The notes under the pieces were generated by a model. It had not been told where the DNA came from, did no database searches, and saw only the letters and a list, made by a program, of their open reading frames with translations. DNA of 64,000 nucleotides from the human T2T-CHM13v2.0 reference genome, Homo sapiens, in assembly GCF_009914755.1 (NCBI RefSeq), contig NC_060930.1; one strand, 5' to 3'. Shown here piece by piece: positions 11,101 through 24,800 of this stretch; within the stretch, counting starts at the first letter, position 1, and every line of letters starts with the position of its first letter. Made by a program: the position numbers and the translations under genes.

Positions 11101-14100
11101 TGTGATGTGTGCATTCAATTCAAAGAGTGAAACCTCTCTTTTCACAGAGCAGTTTTGAAACACTGTTTTTGTAGGATTTCCAAGGGGATATTTATAGCGC
11201 ATTGAGCCTACGGCGGAAAAAGAAACATCTTCCTATAAAAACTAGACAGAATACTTCTCAGAATCTGCTTTGCGATGTGTGCGTTCAACTCACAGAGTAA
11301 AACTTTTCTTTTGATAGAGCAGTTTTGAAACACTCTTTTTGTAGTATTTGCATGTGTATATTTAGAGCGCATTGAAGCCCACAGTAGAAAAGGAAATAAC
11401 TTCACCTAAAACCTAGACAGAAGCAATCACAGAAACTACTTTGTGATGTGTACATTCAACTCACAGAGTGGAACTTTCCTCTTTATAGAGCAGTGTTGAA
11501 ACACTCTTTTTGTAGAAACTGCAAGTGGATATTTGGACCTCTTTGAGGCCTTCGTTGGAAACGGGATTTCTTCCTATAACCCTAGACAGAAGAATTTTCA
11601 GAAACCTCATTGTGATGTGTGCGTTCATCTCACAGAGTGGAGTCTTCCGTTTGATAGAGAAGTTTTGAAACCCTGTTCTTGTAGGATTTCCAAGTGGATA
11701 TTTAGACCACTTTGAAGCCTATGATAGAAAAGGAAACATCTTCATGGAAAACATAGATAGAATCATCCTCAGAAACAACTTTGTGATGTGTGCGTTGAAC
11801 TCACCGTCTTTAACCTTTCTTTTGGTAGAGAAGTTTTGAAACACTCTCTTTGTAAAGTCTACAAGTGGATATTTTGAGCCCTTGGAGGCATTCTTTGGAA
11901 AAGGGAATGTCTTCACATAAAAGGCAGACGGAAGTGTTCTCAGAAACTGCTTTGTGATGTCTGTGTTCAACTCACAGAGTTTAACATTTCCTTTGATAGA
12001 GCGGTTTAGTAACCCTCTCTTTGTAGAATTTGGAAGTGTATACTAAGAGCGCTTTGAGGCCTATGGTAGAAAAGGAAATATCTTTCCATAAAAGCTAGAC
12101 AGAAGCAATCTCAGAAACTCCTCTGTGATGTCTGCATTCAACTCACCGAGTGGAACATTCCTCTTGAGAGAGCAGTTTGGAAACACTCTTTCTGTAGAAT
12201 CAGCTTGTTTGTATTTGGACCTCCTTGAGGCCTTCGTTGGAAACGGGTTTTCATCTTATAAACCCAGACAGAAGAATTCTCAGAGTCTTCTTTGTGATGT
12301 GTGCTTTCAACTCACCGAGATAAAGATTTCTCTTGATAGAGCAATTTGGAAACACTCTTTTTGTAGAATTTGCAAGGGTACATTGAGAGCGCTTTCAGGC
12401 CTATGGTAGAAAAGGGAATATCTTTCCATAAAAGGTAGACAGAAGCAATCTCAGAAACTACTTTGTGACGTGTGCATTCAACTCACCGAGTGCAACGTTC
12501 CTCTTGACCGAGCAGTTTGGAAACATTGTTTCTGTAGAATCTGCAAGTGGATATTTGGACCTCTTTGAGGCCTTCGTTGGAAACGGGATTTCTTCCTATA
12601 AACCCAGACAGAAGAATTCTCAGAGACTTCTTTGTGATGTGTGAATTCAACTCACAGTGTGGATCCTTCCTTTTGATAGAGCAGTTTTGAAACCCTGTTT
12701 TTGTAGTATTTCCAAGCGGATATTTGGAACGCCTTGAAGCGTATGGTAGAAAAGGAAATATCTTCCCATAAAACCTAGACAGAACCAATCTCAGAAACGA
12801 CTTTGTGATGTCTGCATTCAAGTCACAGAGTTGAACATTTCTCTTGATAGAGCAGTTTTGAAACCCTCTTTCTGAAGGATCTGCAAGTGGATATTTGGAA
12901 CTCCTTTGGGTCTTCGTTGGAAACGGGATTTCTTCGTATAAATCTAGACAGAAGAATTCTCAGAAACTTCCTTGTGATGTGTGCATTCAACTCAGCGAGT
13001 GGCACCTTCCTTTGGATACAGCAGTTTTGAAACACTGTTTTTGTAGTATTTCCAAGCGGATATTTAGAGCGCCTTGAAGCCTATGCTAGAAATGGAAATA
13101 TCTCCCCATAAAACCAAGACGGAAGCAATCTCAGAAACTAATGTGTGATGGCTGCATTCCACACACACGGTGGACCATTTCTCTTGATAGAGCAGTTTTG
13201 AAACACTCTTTCTGTAGAATCTGCAAGTGGATAATTGGACCTCCTAGAGGCCTTCGTTGGAAACGGGATTTCTTCATCTAAACCTACAGAGAAGTATTCT
13301 CAGTAACTTCTTCGGATGTGTGCATTCGACGCACAGAATGGAACATTCCCTTTGATAGAGCAGTTTTGAGACACCGTTTTTGTAGAATTCCCAAGTGGAT
13401 ATTTAGAGCACTTTGAAGTCTCTGCTAGAAAAGGAAACATCTTCATGTAAAAAGTAGATAGAATCGTTCTCAGAAAGTGCTTAGTGACGTGTGCGTTCAA
13501 CTCACAGAGTTTAACGTTTCTTTTGATAGAGCGTTTCTGAAACACCCTTCTTGTAGTAGCTGCAAGTGGATATTTGGACCTATTGGAGGCCTTCTTTGGA
13601 AATGGGATTTCTTCATGTAACTCTAGATTGAAGAATTCTCAGAAACTCCTTTGTGATGTGTGCATTCAATTCAAAGAGTGAAACCTCTCTTTTCACAGAG
13701 CAGTTTTGAAACACTGTTTTTGTAGGATTTCCAAGGGGATATTTATAGCGCATTGAGCCTACGGCGGAAAAAGAAACATCTTCCTATAAAAACTAGACAG
13801 AATACTTCTCAGAATCTGCTTTGCGATGTGTGCGTTCAACTCACAGAGTAAAACTTTTCTTTTGATAGAGCAGTTTTGAAACACTCTTTTTGTAGTATTT
13901 GCATGTGTATATTTAGAGCGCATTGAAGCCCACAGTAGAAAAGGAAATAACTTCACCTAAAACCTAGACAGAAGCAATCACAGAAACTACTTTGTGATGT
14001 GTACATTCAACTCACAGAGTGGAACTTTCCTCTTTATAGAGCAGTGTTGAAACACTCTTTTTGTAGAAACTGCAAGTGGATATTTGGACCTCTTTGAGGC

Positions 14101-15812
14101 CTTCGTTGGAAACGGGATTTCTTCCTATAACCCTAGACAGAAGAATTTTCAGAAACCTCATTGTGATGTGTGCGTTCATCTCACAGAGTGGAGTCTTCCG
14201 TTTGATAGAGAAGTTTTGAAACCCTGTTCTTGTAGGATTTCCAAGTGGATATTTAGACCACTTTGAAGCCTATGATAGAAAAGGAAACATCTTCATGGAA
14301 AACATAGATAGAATCATCCTCAGAAACAACTTTGTGATGTGTGCGTTGAACTCACCGTCTTTAACCTTTCTTTTGGTAGAGAAGTTTTGAAACACTCTCT
14401 TTGTAAAGTCTACAAGTGGATATTTTGAGCCCTTGGAGGCATTCTTTGGAAAAGGGAATGTCTTCACATAAAAGGCAGACGGAAGTGTTCTCAGAAACTG
14501 CTTTGTGATGTCTGTGTTCAACTCACAGAGTTTAACATTTCCTTTGATAGAGCGGTTTAGTAACCCTCTCTTTGTAGAATTTGGAAGTGTATACTAAGAG
14601 CGCTTTGAGGCCTATGGTAGAAAAGGAAATATCTTTCCATAAAAGCTAGACAGAAGCAATCTCAGAAACTCCTCTGTGATGTCTGCATTCAACTCACCGA
14701 GTGGAACATTCCTCTTGAGAGAGCAGTTTGGAAACACTCTTTCTGTAGAATCAGCTTGTTTGTATTTGGACCTCCTTGAGGCCTTCGTTGGAAACGGGTT
14801 TTCATCTTATAAACCCAGACAGAAGAATTCTCAGAGTCTTCTTTGTGATGTGTGCTTTCAACTCACCGAGATAAAGATTTCTCTTGATAGAGCAATTTGG
14901 AAACACTCTTTTTGTAGAATTTGCAAGGGTACATTGAGAGCGCTTTCAGGCCTATGGTAGAAAAGGGAATATCTTTCCATAAAAGGTAGACAGAAGCAAT
15001 CTCAGAAACTACTTTGTGACGTGTGCATTCAACTCACCGAGTGCAACGTTCCTCTTGACCGAGCAGTTTGGAAACATTGTTTCTGTAGAATCTGCAAGTG
15101 GATATTTGGACCTCTTTGAGGCCTTCGTTGGAAACGGGATTTCTTCCTATAAACCCAGACAGAAGAATTCTCAGAGACTTCTTTGTGATGTGTGAATTCA
15201 ACTCACAGTGTGGATCCTTCCTTTTGATAGAGCAGTTTTGAAACCCTGTTTTTGTAGTATTTCCAAGCGGATATTTGGAACGCCTTGAAGCGTATGGTAG
15301 AAAAGGAAATATCTTCCCATAAAACCTAGACAGAACCAATCTCAGAAACGACTTTGTGATGTCTGCATTCAAGTCACAGAGTTGAACATTTCTCTTGATA
15401 GAGCAGTTTTGAAACCCTCTTTCTGAAGGATCTGCAAGTGGATATTTGGAACTCCTTTGGGTCTTCGTTGGAAACGGGATTTCTTCGTATAAATCTAGAC
15501 AGAAGAATTCTCAGAAACTTCCTTGTGATGTGTGCATTCAACTCAGCGAGTGGCACCTTCCTTTGGATACAGCAGTTTTGAAACACTGTTTTTGTAGTAT
15601 TTCCAAGCGGATATTTAGAGCGCCTTGAAGCCTATGCTAGAAATGGAAATATCTCCCCATAAAACCAAGACGGAAGCAATCTCAGAAACTAATGTGTGAT
15701 GGCTGCATTCCACACACACGGTGGACCATTTCTCTTGATAGAGCAGTTTTGAAACACTCTTTCTGTAGAATCTGCAAGTGGATAATTGGACCTCCTAGAG
15801 GCCTTCGTTGGA
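8160..15812 (+). repeat. HOR units U4-U6, three tandem 15-mers (starts 8160, 10711, 13262)
   Basis: Marker spacings 8198->10749->13300->15851, each 2551. Confidence 0.95.
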
Positions 15813-18800
15813 AACGGGATTTCTTCATCTAAACCTACAGAGAAGTATTCTCAGTAACTTCTTCGGATGTGTGCATTCGACGCACAGAATGGAACATTCC
15901 CTTTGATAGAGCAGTTTTGAGACACCGTTTTTGTAGAATTCCCAAGTGGATATTTAGAGCACTTTGAAGTCTCTGCTAGAAAAGGAAACATCTTCATGTA
16001 AAAAGTAGATAGAATCGTTCTCAGAAAGTGCTTAGTGACGTGTGCGTTCAGCTCACAGAGTTTAACGTTTCTTTTGATAGAGCGTTTCTGAAACACCCTT
16101 CTTGTAGTAGCTGCAAGTGGATATTTGGACCTATTGGAGGCCTTCTTTGGAAATGGGATTTCTTCATGTAACTCTAGATTGAAGAGTTCTCAGAAACTCC
16201 TTTGTGATGTGTGCATTCAATTCAAAGAGTGAAACCTCTCTTTTCACAGAGCAGTTTTGAAACACTGTTTTTGTAGGATTTCCAAGGGGATATTTATAGC
16301 GCATTGAGCCTACGGCGGAAAAAGAAACATCTTCCTATAAAAACTAGACAGAATACTTCTCAGAATCTGCTTTGCGATGTGTGCGTTCAACTCACAGAGT
16401 AAAACTTTTCTTTTGATAGAGCAGTTTTGAAACACTCTTTTTGTAGTATTTGCATGTGTATATTTAGAGCGCATTGAAGCCCACAGTAGAAAAGGAAATA
16501 ACTTCACCTAAAACCTAGACAGAAGCAATCTCAGAAACTACTTTGTGATGTGTACATTCAACTCACAGAGTGGAACTTTCCTCTTTATAGAGCAGTGTTG
16601 AAACACTCTTTTTGTAGAAACTGCAAGTGGATATTTGGACCTCTTTGAGGCCTTCGTTGGAAACGGGATTTCTTCCTATAACCCTAGACAGAAGAATTTT
16701 CAGAAACCTCATTGTGATGTGTGCGTTCATCTCACAGAGTGGAGTCTTCCGTTTGATAGAGAAGTTTTGAAACCCTGTTCTTGTAGGATTTCCAAGTGGA
16801 TATTTAGACCACTTTGAAGCCTATGATAGAAAAGGAAACATCTTCATGGAAAACATAGATAGAATCATCCTCAGAAACAACTTTGTGATGTGTGCGTTGA
16901 ACTCACCGTCTTTAACCTTTCTTTTGGTAGAGAAGTTTTGAAACACTCTCTTTGTAAAGTCTACAAGTGGATATTTTGAGCCCTTGGAGGCATTCTTTGG
17001 AAAAGGGAATGTCTTCACATAAAAGGCAGACGGAAGTGTTCTCAGAAACTGCTTTGTGATGTCTGTGTTCAACTCACAGAGTTTAACATTTCCTTTGATA
17101 GAGCGGTTTAGTAACCCTCTCTTTGTAGAATTTGGAAGTGTATACTAAGAGCGCTTTGAGGCCTATGGTAGAAAAGGAAATATCTTTCCATAAAAGCTAG
17201 ACAGAAGCAATCTCAGAAACTCCTCTGTGATGTCTGCATTCAACTCACCGAGTGGAACATTCCTCTTGAGAGAGCAGTTTGGAAACACTCTTTCTGTAGA
17301 ATCAGCTTGTTTGTATTTGGACCTCCTTGAGGCCTTCGTTGGAAACGGGTTTTCATCTTATAAACCCAGACAGAAGAATTCTCAGAGTCTTCTTTGTGAT
17401 GTGTGCTTTCAACTCACCGAGATAAAGATTTCTCTTGATAGAGCAATTTGGAAACACTCTTTTTGTAGAATTTGCAAGGGTTCATTGAGAGCACTTTCAG
17501 GCCTATGGTAGAAAAGGGAATATCTTTCCATAAAAGGTAGACAGAAGCAATCTCAGAAACTACTTTGTGATGTGTGCATTCAACTCACCGAGTGCAACGT
17601 TCCTCTTGACCGAGCAGTTTGGAAACATTGTTTCTGTAGAATCTGCAAGTGGATATTTGGACCTCTTTGAGGCCTTCGTTGGAAACGGGATTTCTTCCTA
17701 TAAACCCAGACAGAAGAATTCTCAGAGACTTCTTTGTGATGTGTGAATTCAACTCACAGTGTGGATCCTTCCTTTTGATAGAGCAGTTTTGAAACCCTGT
17801 TTTTGTAGTATTTCCAAGCGGATATTTGGAACGCCTTGAAGCGTATGGTAGAAAAGGAAATATCTTCCCATAAAACCTAGACAGAACCAATCTCAGAAAC
17901 GACTTTGTGATGTCTGCATTCAAGTCACAGAGTTGAACATTTCTCTTGATAGAGCAGTTTTGAAACCCTCTTTCTGAAGGATCTGCAAGTGGATATTTGG
18001 AACTCCTTTGGGTCTTCGTTGGAAACGGGATTTCTTCGTATAAATCTAGACAGAAGAATTCTCCGAAACTTCTTTGGTTGTGTGCATTCAAGTCACAGAG
18101 TGGAACCTTCCTTTGGATAGAGCAGTTTGAAACGCCGTGGTTGTAGTATTTCCAAGCGGATATTAGAGCGCCTTGAGGCCTATGGTAGAAAAGGAAATAT
18201 CTTCCCATAAATCCTAGACGGAAGCAATCTCAGAAACTACTGTGTGATGGCTGCATTCCACACACACGGTGGAACATTTCTCTTGATAGAGCAGTTTTGA
18301 AACACTCTTTCTGTAGAATCTGCAAGTGGATAATTGGACCGCCTTGAGGCCTTCGTTGGAAACGGGATTTCTTCATGTTACTCTAGATAGAAGAATTCTC
18401 AAACACTGCTATGTGATGTTTGCATTCAAGTCACAGAGTGCAACATTCCTCTTGGTAGAGCAGTTGGGAAACACTCCTTTTGTAGAATCTGCAATGGGAT
18501 ATTTGGACTTCTTTGAGGCCTTCGTTGGAAACGGGATTTCTTCGTATGAATCTATACAGAAGAATTCTCAGAAACTTCCTTGTGATGTGTGCATTCAACT
18601 CAGCGAGTGGCACCTTCCTTTGGATACAGCAGTTTTGAAACACTGTTTTTGTAGTATTTCCAAGCGGATATTTAGAGCGCCTTGAAGCCTATGCTAGAAA
18701 TGGAAATATCTCCCCATAAAACCAAGACAGAAGCAATCTCAGAAACTAATGTGTGATGGCTGCATTCCACACACACGGTGGACCATTTCTCTTGATAGAG

Positions 18801-21800
18801 CAGTTTTGAAACACTCTTTCTGTAGAATCTGCAAGTGGATAATTGGACCTCCTAGAGGCCTTCGTTGGAAACGGGATTTCTTCATCTAAACCTAGAGAGA
18901 AGAATTCTCAGTAACTTCTTCGGATGTGTGCATTCGACTCACAGAATGGAACATTCCCTTTGATAGAGCAGTTTTGAGACACCGTTTTTGTAGAATTCCC
19001 AAGTGGATATTTAGAGCACTTTGAAGTCTCTGCTAGAAAAGGAAACATCTTCATGTAAAAAGTAGATAGAATCGTTCTCAGAAAGTGCTTAGTGACGTGT
19101 GCGTTCAACTCACAGAGTTTAACGTTTCTTTTGATAGAGCGTTTCTGAAACACCCTTCTTGTAGTAGCTGCAAGTGGATATTTGGACCTATTGGAGGCCT
19201 TCTTTGGAAATGGGATTTCTTCATGTAACTCTAGATTGAAGAGTTCTCAGAAACTCCTTTGTGATGTGTGCATTCAATTCAAAGAGTGAAACCTCCCTTT
19301 TCACAGAGCAGTTTTGAAACACTGTTTTTGTAGGATTTCCAAGGGGATATTTATAGCGCATTGAGCCTACGGCGGAAAAAGAAACATCTTCCTATAAAAA
19401 CTAGACAGAATACTTCTCAGAATCTGCTTTGCGATGTGTGCGTTCAACTCACAGAGTAAAACTTTTCTTTTGATAGAGCAGTTTTGAAACACTCTTTTTG
19501 TAGTATTTGCATGTGTATATTTAGAGCGCATTGAAGCCCACAGTAGAAAAGGAAATAACTTCACCTAAAACCTAGACAGAAGCAATCTCAGAAACTACTT
19601 TGTGATGTGTACATTCAACTCACAGAGTGGAACTTTCCTCTTTATAGAGCAGTGTTGAAACACTCTTTTTGTAGAAACTGCAAGTGGATATTTGGACCTC
19701 TTTGAGGCCTTCGTTGGAAACGGGATTTCTTCCTATAACCCTAGACAGAAGAATTTTCAGAAACCTCATTGTGATGTGTGCGTTCATCTCACAGAGTGGA
19801 GTCTTCCGTTTGATAGAGAAGTTTTGAAACCCTGTTCTTGTAGGATTTCCAAGTGGATATTTAGACCACTTTGAAGCCTATGATAGAAAAGGAAACATCT
19901 TCATGGAAAACATAGATAGAATCATCCTCAGAAACAACTTTGTGATGTGTGCGTTGAACTCACCGTCTTTAACCTTTCTTTTGGTAGAGAAGTTTTGAAA
20001 CACTCTCTTTGTAAAGTCTACAAGTGGATATTTTGAGCCCTTGGAGGCATTCTTTGGAAAAGGGAATGTCTTCACATAAAAGGCAGACGGAAGTGTTCTC
20101 AGAAACTGCTTTGTGATGTCTGTGTTCAACTCAGAGAGTTTAACATTTTCTTTGATAGAGCGGTTTAGTAACCCTCTCTTTGTAGAATTTGGAAGTGTAT
20201 ACTAAGAGCGCTTTGAGGCCTATGGTAGAAAAGGAAATATCTTTCCATAAAAGCTAGACAGAAGCAATCTCAGAAACTCCTCTGTGATGTCTGCATTCAA
20301 CTCACCGAGTGGAACATTCCTCTTGAGAGAGCAGTTTGGAAACACTCTTTCTGTAGAATCAGCTTGTTTGTATTTGGACCTCCTTGAGGCCTTCGTTGGA
20401 AACGGGTTTTCATCTTATAAACCCAGACAGAAGAATTCTCAGAGTCTTCTTTGTGATGTGTGCTTTCAACTCACCGAGATAAAGATTTCTCTTGATAGAG
20501 CAATTTGGAAACACTCTTTTTGTAGAATTTGCAAGGGTTCATTGAGAGCACTTTCAGGCCTATGGTAGAAAAGGGAATATCTTTCCATAAAAGGTAGACA
20601 GAAGCAATCTCAGAAACTACTTTGTGATGTGTGCATTCAACTCACCGAGTGCAACGTTCCTCTTGACCGAGCAGTTTGGAAACATTGTTTCTGTAGAATC
20701 TGCAAGTGGATATTTGGACCTCTTTGAGGCCTTCGTTGGAAACGGGATTTCTTCCTATAAACCCAGACAGAAGAATTCTCAGAGACTTCTTTGTGATGTG
20801 TGAATTCAACTCACAGTGTGGATCCTTCCTTTTGATAGAGCAGTTTTGAAACCCTGTTTTTGTAGTATTTCCAAGCGGATATTTGGAACGCCTTGAAGCG
20901 TATGGTAGAAAAGGAAATATCTTCCCATAAAACCTAGACAGAACCAATCTCAGAAACGACTTTGTGATGTCTGCATTCAAGTCACAGAGTTGAACATTTC
21001 TCTTGATAGAGCAGTTTTGAAACCCTCTTTCTGAAGGATCTGCAAGTGGATATTTGGAACTCCTTTGGGTCTTCGTTGGAAACGGGATTTCTTCGTATAA
21101 ATCTAGACAGAAGAATTCTCCGAAACTTCTTTGGTTGTGTGCATTCAAGTCACAGAGTGGAACCTTCCTTTGGATAGAGCAGTTTGAAACGCCGTGGTTG
21201 TAGTATTTCCAAGCGGATATTAGAGCGCCTTGAGGCCTATGGTAGAAAAGGAAATATCTTCCCATAAATCCTAGACGGAAGCAATCTCAGAAACTACTGT
21301 GTGATGGCTGCATTCCACACACACGGTGGAACATTTCTCTTGATAGAGCAGTTTTGAAACACTCTTTCTGTAGAATCTGCAAGTGGATAATTGGACCGCC
21401 TTGAGGCCTTCGTTGGAAACGGGATTTCTTCATGTTACTCTAGATAGAAGAATTCTCAAACACTGCTATGTGATGTTTGCATTCAAGTCACAGAGTGCAA
21501 CATTCCTCTTGGTAGAGCAGTTGGGAAACACTCCTTTTGTAGAATCTGCAATGGGATATTTGGACTTCTTTGAGGCCTTCGTTGGAAACGGGATTTCTTC
21601 GTATGAATCTATACAGAAGAATTCTCAGAAACTTCCTTGTGATGTGTGCATTCAACTCAGCGAGTGGCACCTTCCTTTGGATACAGCAGTTTTGAAACAC
21701 TGTTTTTGTAGTATTTCCAAGCGGATATTTAGAGCGCCTTGAAGCCTATGCTAGAAATGGAAATATCTCCCCATAAAACCAAGACAGAAGCAATCTCAGA

Positions 21801-24800
21801 AACTAATGTGTGATGGCTGCATTCCACACACACGGTGGACCATTTCTCTTGATAGAGCAGTTTTGAAACACTCTTTCTGTAGAATCTGCAAGTGGATAAT
21901 TGGACCTCCTAGAGGCCTTCGTTGGAAACGGGATTTCTTCATCTAAACCTAGAGAGAAGAATTCTCAGTAACTTCTTCGGATGTGTGCATTCGACTCACA
22001 GAATGGAACATTCCCTTTGATAGAGCAGTTTTGAGACACCGTTTTTGTAGAATTCCCAAGTGGATATTTAGAGCACTTTGAAGTCTCTGCTAGAAAAGGA
22101 AACATCTTCATGTAAAAAGTAGATAGAATCGTTCTCAGAAAGTGCTTAGTGACGTGTGCGTTCAACTCACAGAGTTTAACGTTTCTTTTGATAGAGCGTT
22201 TCTGAAACACCCTTCTTGTAGTAGCTGCAAGTGGATATTTGGACCTATTGGAGGCCTTCTTTGGAAATGGGATTTCTTCATGTAACTCTAGATTGAAGAG
22301 TTCTCAGAAACTCCTTTGTGATGTGTGCATTCAATTCAAAGAGTGAAACCTCCCTTTTCACAGAGCAGTTTTGAAACACTGTTTTTGTAGGATTTCCAAG
22401 GGGATATTTATAGCGCATTGAGCCTACGGCGGAAAAAGAAACATCTTCCTATAAAAACTAGACAGAATACTTCTCAGAATCTGCTTTGCGATGTGTGCGT
22501 TCAACTCACAGAGTAAAACTTTTCTTTTGATAGAGCAGTTTTGAAACACTCTTTTTGTAGTATTTGCATGTGTATATTTAGAGCGCATTGAAGCCCACAG
22601 TAGAAAAGGAAATAACTTCACCTAAAACCTAGACAGAAGCAATCTCAGAAACTACTTTGTGATGTGTACATTCAACTCACAGAGTGGAACTTTCCTCTTT
22701 ATAGAGCAGTGTTGAAACACTCTTTTTGTAGAAACTGCAAGTGGATATTTGGACCTCTTTGAGGCCTTCGTTGGAAACGGGATTTCTTCCTATAACCCTA
22801 GACAGAAGAATTTTCAGAAACCTCATTGTGATGTGTGCGTTCATCTCACAGAGTGGAGTCTTCCGTTTGATAGAGAAGTTTTGAAACCCTGTTCTTGTAG
22901 GATTTCCAAGTGGATATTTAGACCACTTTGAAGCCTATGATAGAAAAGGAAACATCTTCATGGAAAACATAGATAGAATCATCCTCAGAAACAACTTTGT
23001 GATGTGTGCGTTGAACTCACCGTCTTTAACCTTTCTTTTGGTAGAGAAGTTTTGAAACACTCTCTTTGTAAAGTCTACAAGTGGATATTTTGAGCCCTTG
23101 GAGGCATTCTTTGGAAAAGGGAATGTCTTCACATAAAAGGCAGACGGAAGTGTTCTCAGAAACTGCTTTGTGATGTCTGTGTTCAACTCACAGAGTTTAA
23201 CATTTCCTTTGATAGAGCGGTTTAGTAACCCTCTCTTTGTAGAATTTGGAAGTGTATACTAAGAGCGCTTTGAGGCCTATGGTAGAAAAGGAAATATCTT
23301 TCCATAAAAGCTAGACAGAAGCAATCTCAGAAACTCCTCTGTGATGTCTGCATTCAACTCACCGAGTGGAACATTCCTCTTGAGAGAGCAGTTTGGAAAC
23401 ACTCTTTCTGTAGAATCAGCTTGTTTGTATTTGGACCTCCTTGAGGCCTTCGTTGGAAACGGGTTTTCATCTTATAAACCCAGACAGAAGAATTCTCAGA
23501 GTCTTCTTTGTGATGTGTGCTTTCAACTCACCGAGATAAAGATTTCTCTTGATAGAGCAATTTGGAAACACTCTTTTTGTAGAATTTGCAAGGGTTCATT
23601 GAGAGCACTTTCAGGCCTATGGTAGAAAAGGGAATATCTTTCCATAAAAGGTAGACAGAAGCAATCTCAGAAACTACTTTGTGATGTGTGCATTCAACTC
23701 ACCGAGTGCAACGTTCCTCTTGACCGAGCAGTTTGGAAACATTGTTTCTGTAGAATCTGCAAGTGGATATTTGGACCTCTTTGAGGCCTTCGTTGGAAAC
23801 GGGATTTCTTCCTATAAACCCAGACAGAAGAATTCTCAGAGACTTCTTTGTGATGTGTGAATTCAACTCACAGTGTGGATCCTTCCTTTTGATAGAGCAG
23901 TTTTGAAACCCTGTTTTTGTAGTATTTCCAAGCGGATATTTGGAACGCCTTGAAGCGTATGGTAGAAAAGGAAATATCTTCCCATAAAACCTAGACAGAA
24001 CCAATCTCAGAAACGACTTTGTGATGTCTGCATTCAAGTCACAGAGTTGAACATTTCTCTTGATAGAGCAGTTTTGAAACCCTCTTTCTGAAGGATCTGC
24101 AAGTGGATATTTGGAACTCCTTTGGGTCTTCGTTGGAAACGGGATTTCTTCGTATAAATCTAGACAGAAGAATTCTCCGAAACTTCTTTGGTTGTGTGCA
24201 TTCAAGTCACAGAGTGGAACCTTCCTTTGGATAGAGCAGTTTGAAACGCCGTGGTTGTAGTATTTCCAAGCGGATATTAGAGCGCCTTGAGGCCTATGGT
24301 AGAAAAGGAAATATCTTCCCATAAATCCTAGACGGAAGCAATCTCAGAAACTACTGTGTGATGGCTGCATTCCACACACACGGTGGAACATTTCTCTTGA
24401 TAGAGCAGTTTTGAAACACTCTTTCTGTAGAATCTGCAAGTGGATAATTGGACCGCCTTGAGGCCTTCGTTGGAAACGGGATTTCTTCATGTTACTCTAG
24501 ATAGAAGAATTCTCAAACACTGCTATGTGATGTTTGCATTCAAGTCACAGAGTGCAACATTCCTCTTGGTAGAGCAGTTGGGAAACACTCCTTTTGTAGA
24601 ATCTGCAATGGGATATTTGGACTTCTTTGAGGCCTTCGTTGGAAACGGGATTTCTTCGTATGAATCTAGACAGAAGAATTCTCAGAAACTTCCTTGTGAT
24701 GTGTGCATTCAACTCAGCGAGTGGCACCTTCCTTTGGATACAGCAGTTTTGAAACACTGTTTTTGTAGTATTTCCAAGCGGATATTTAGAGCGCCTTGAA

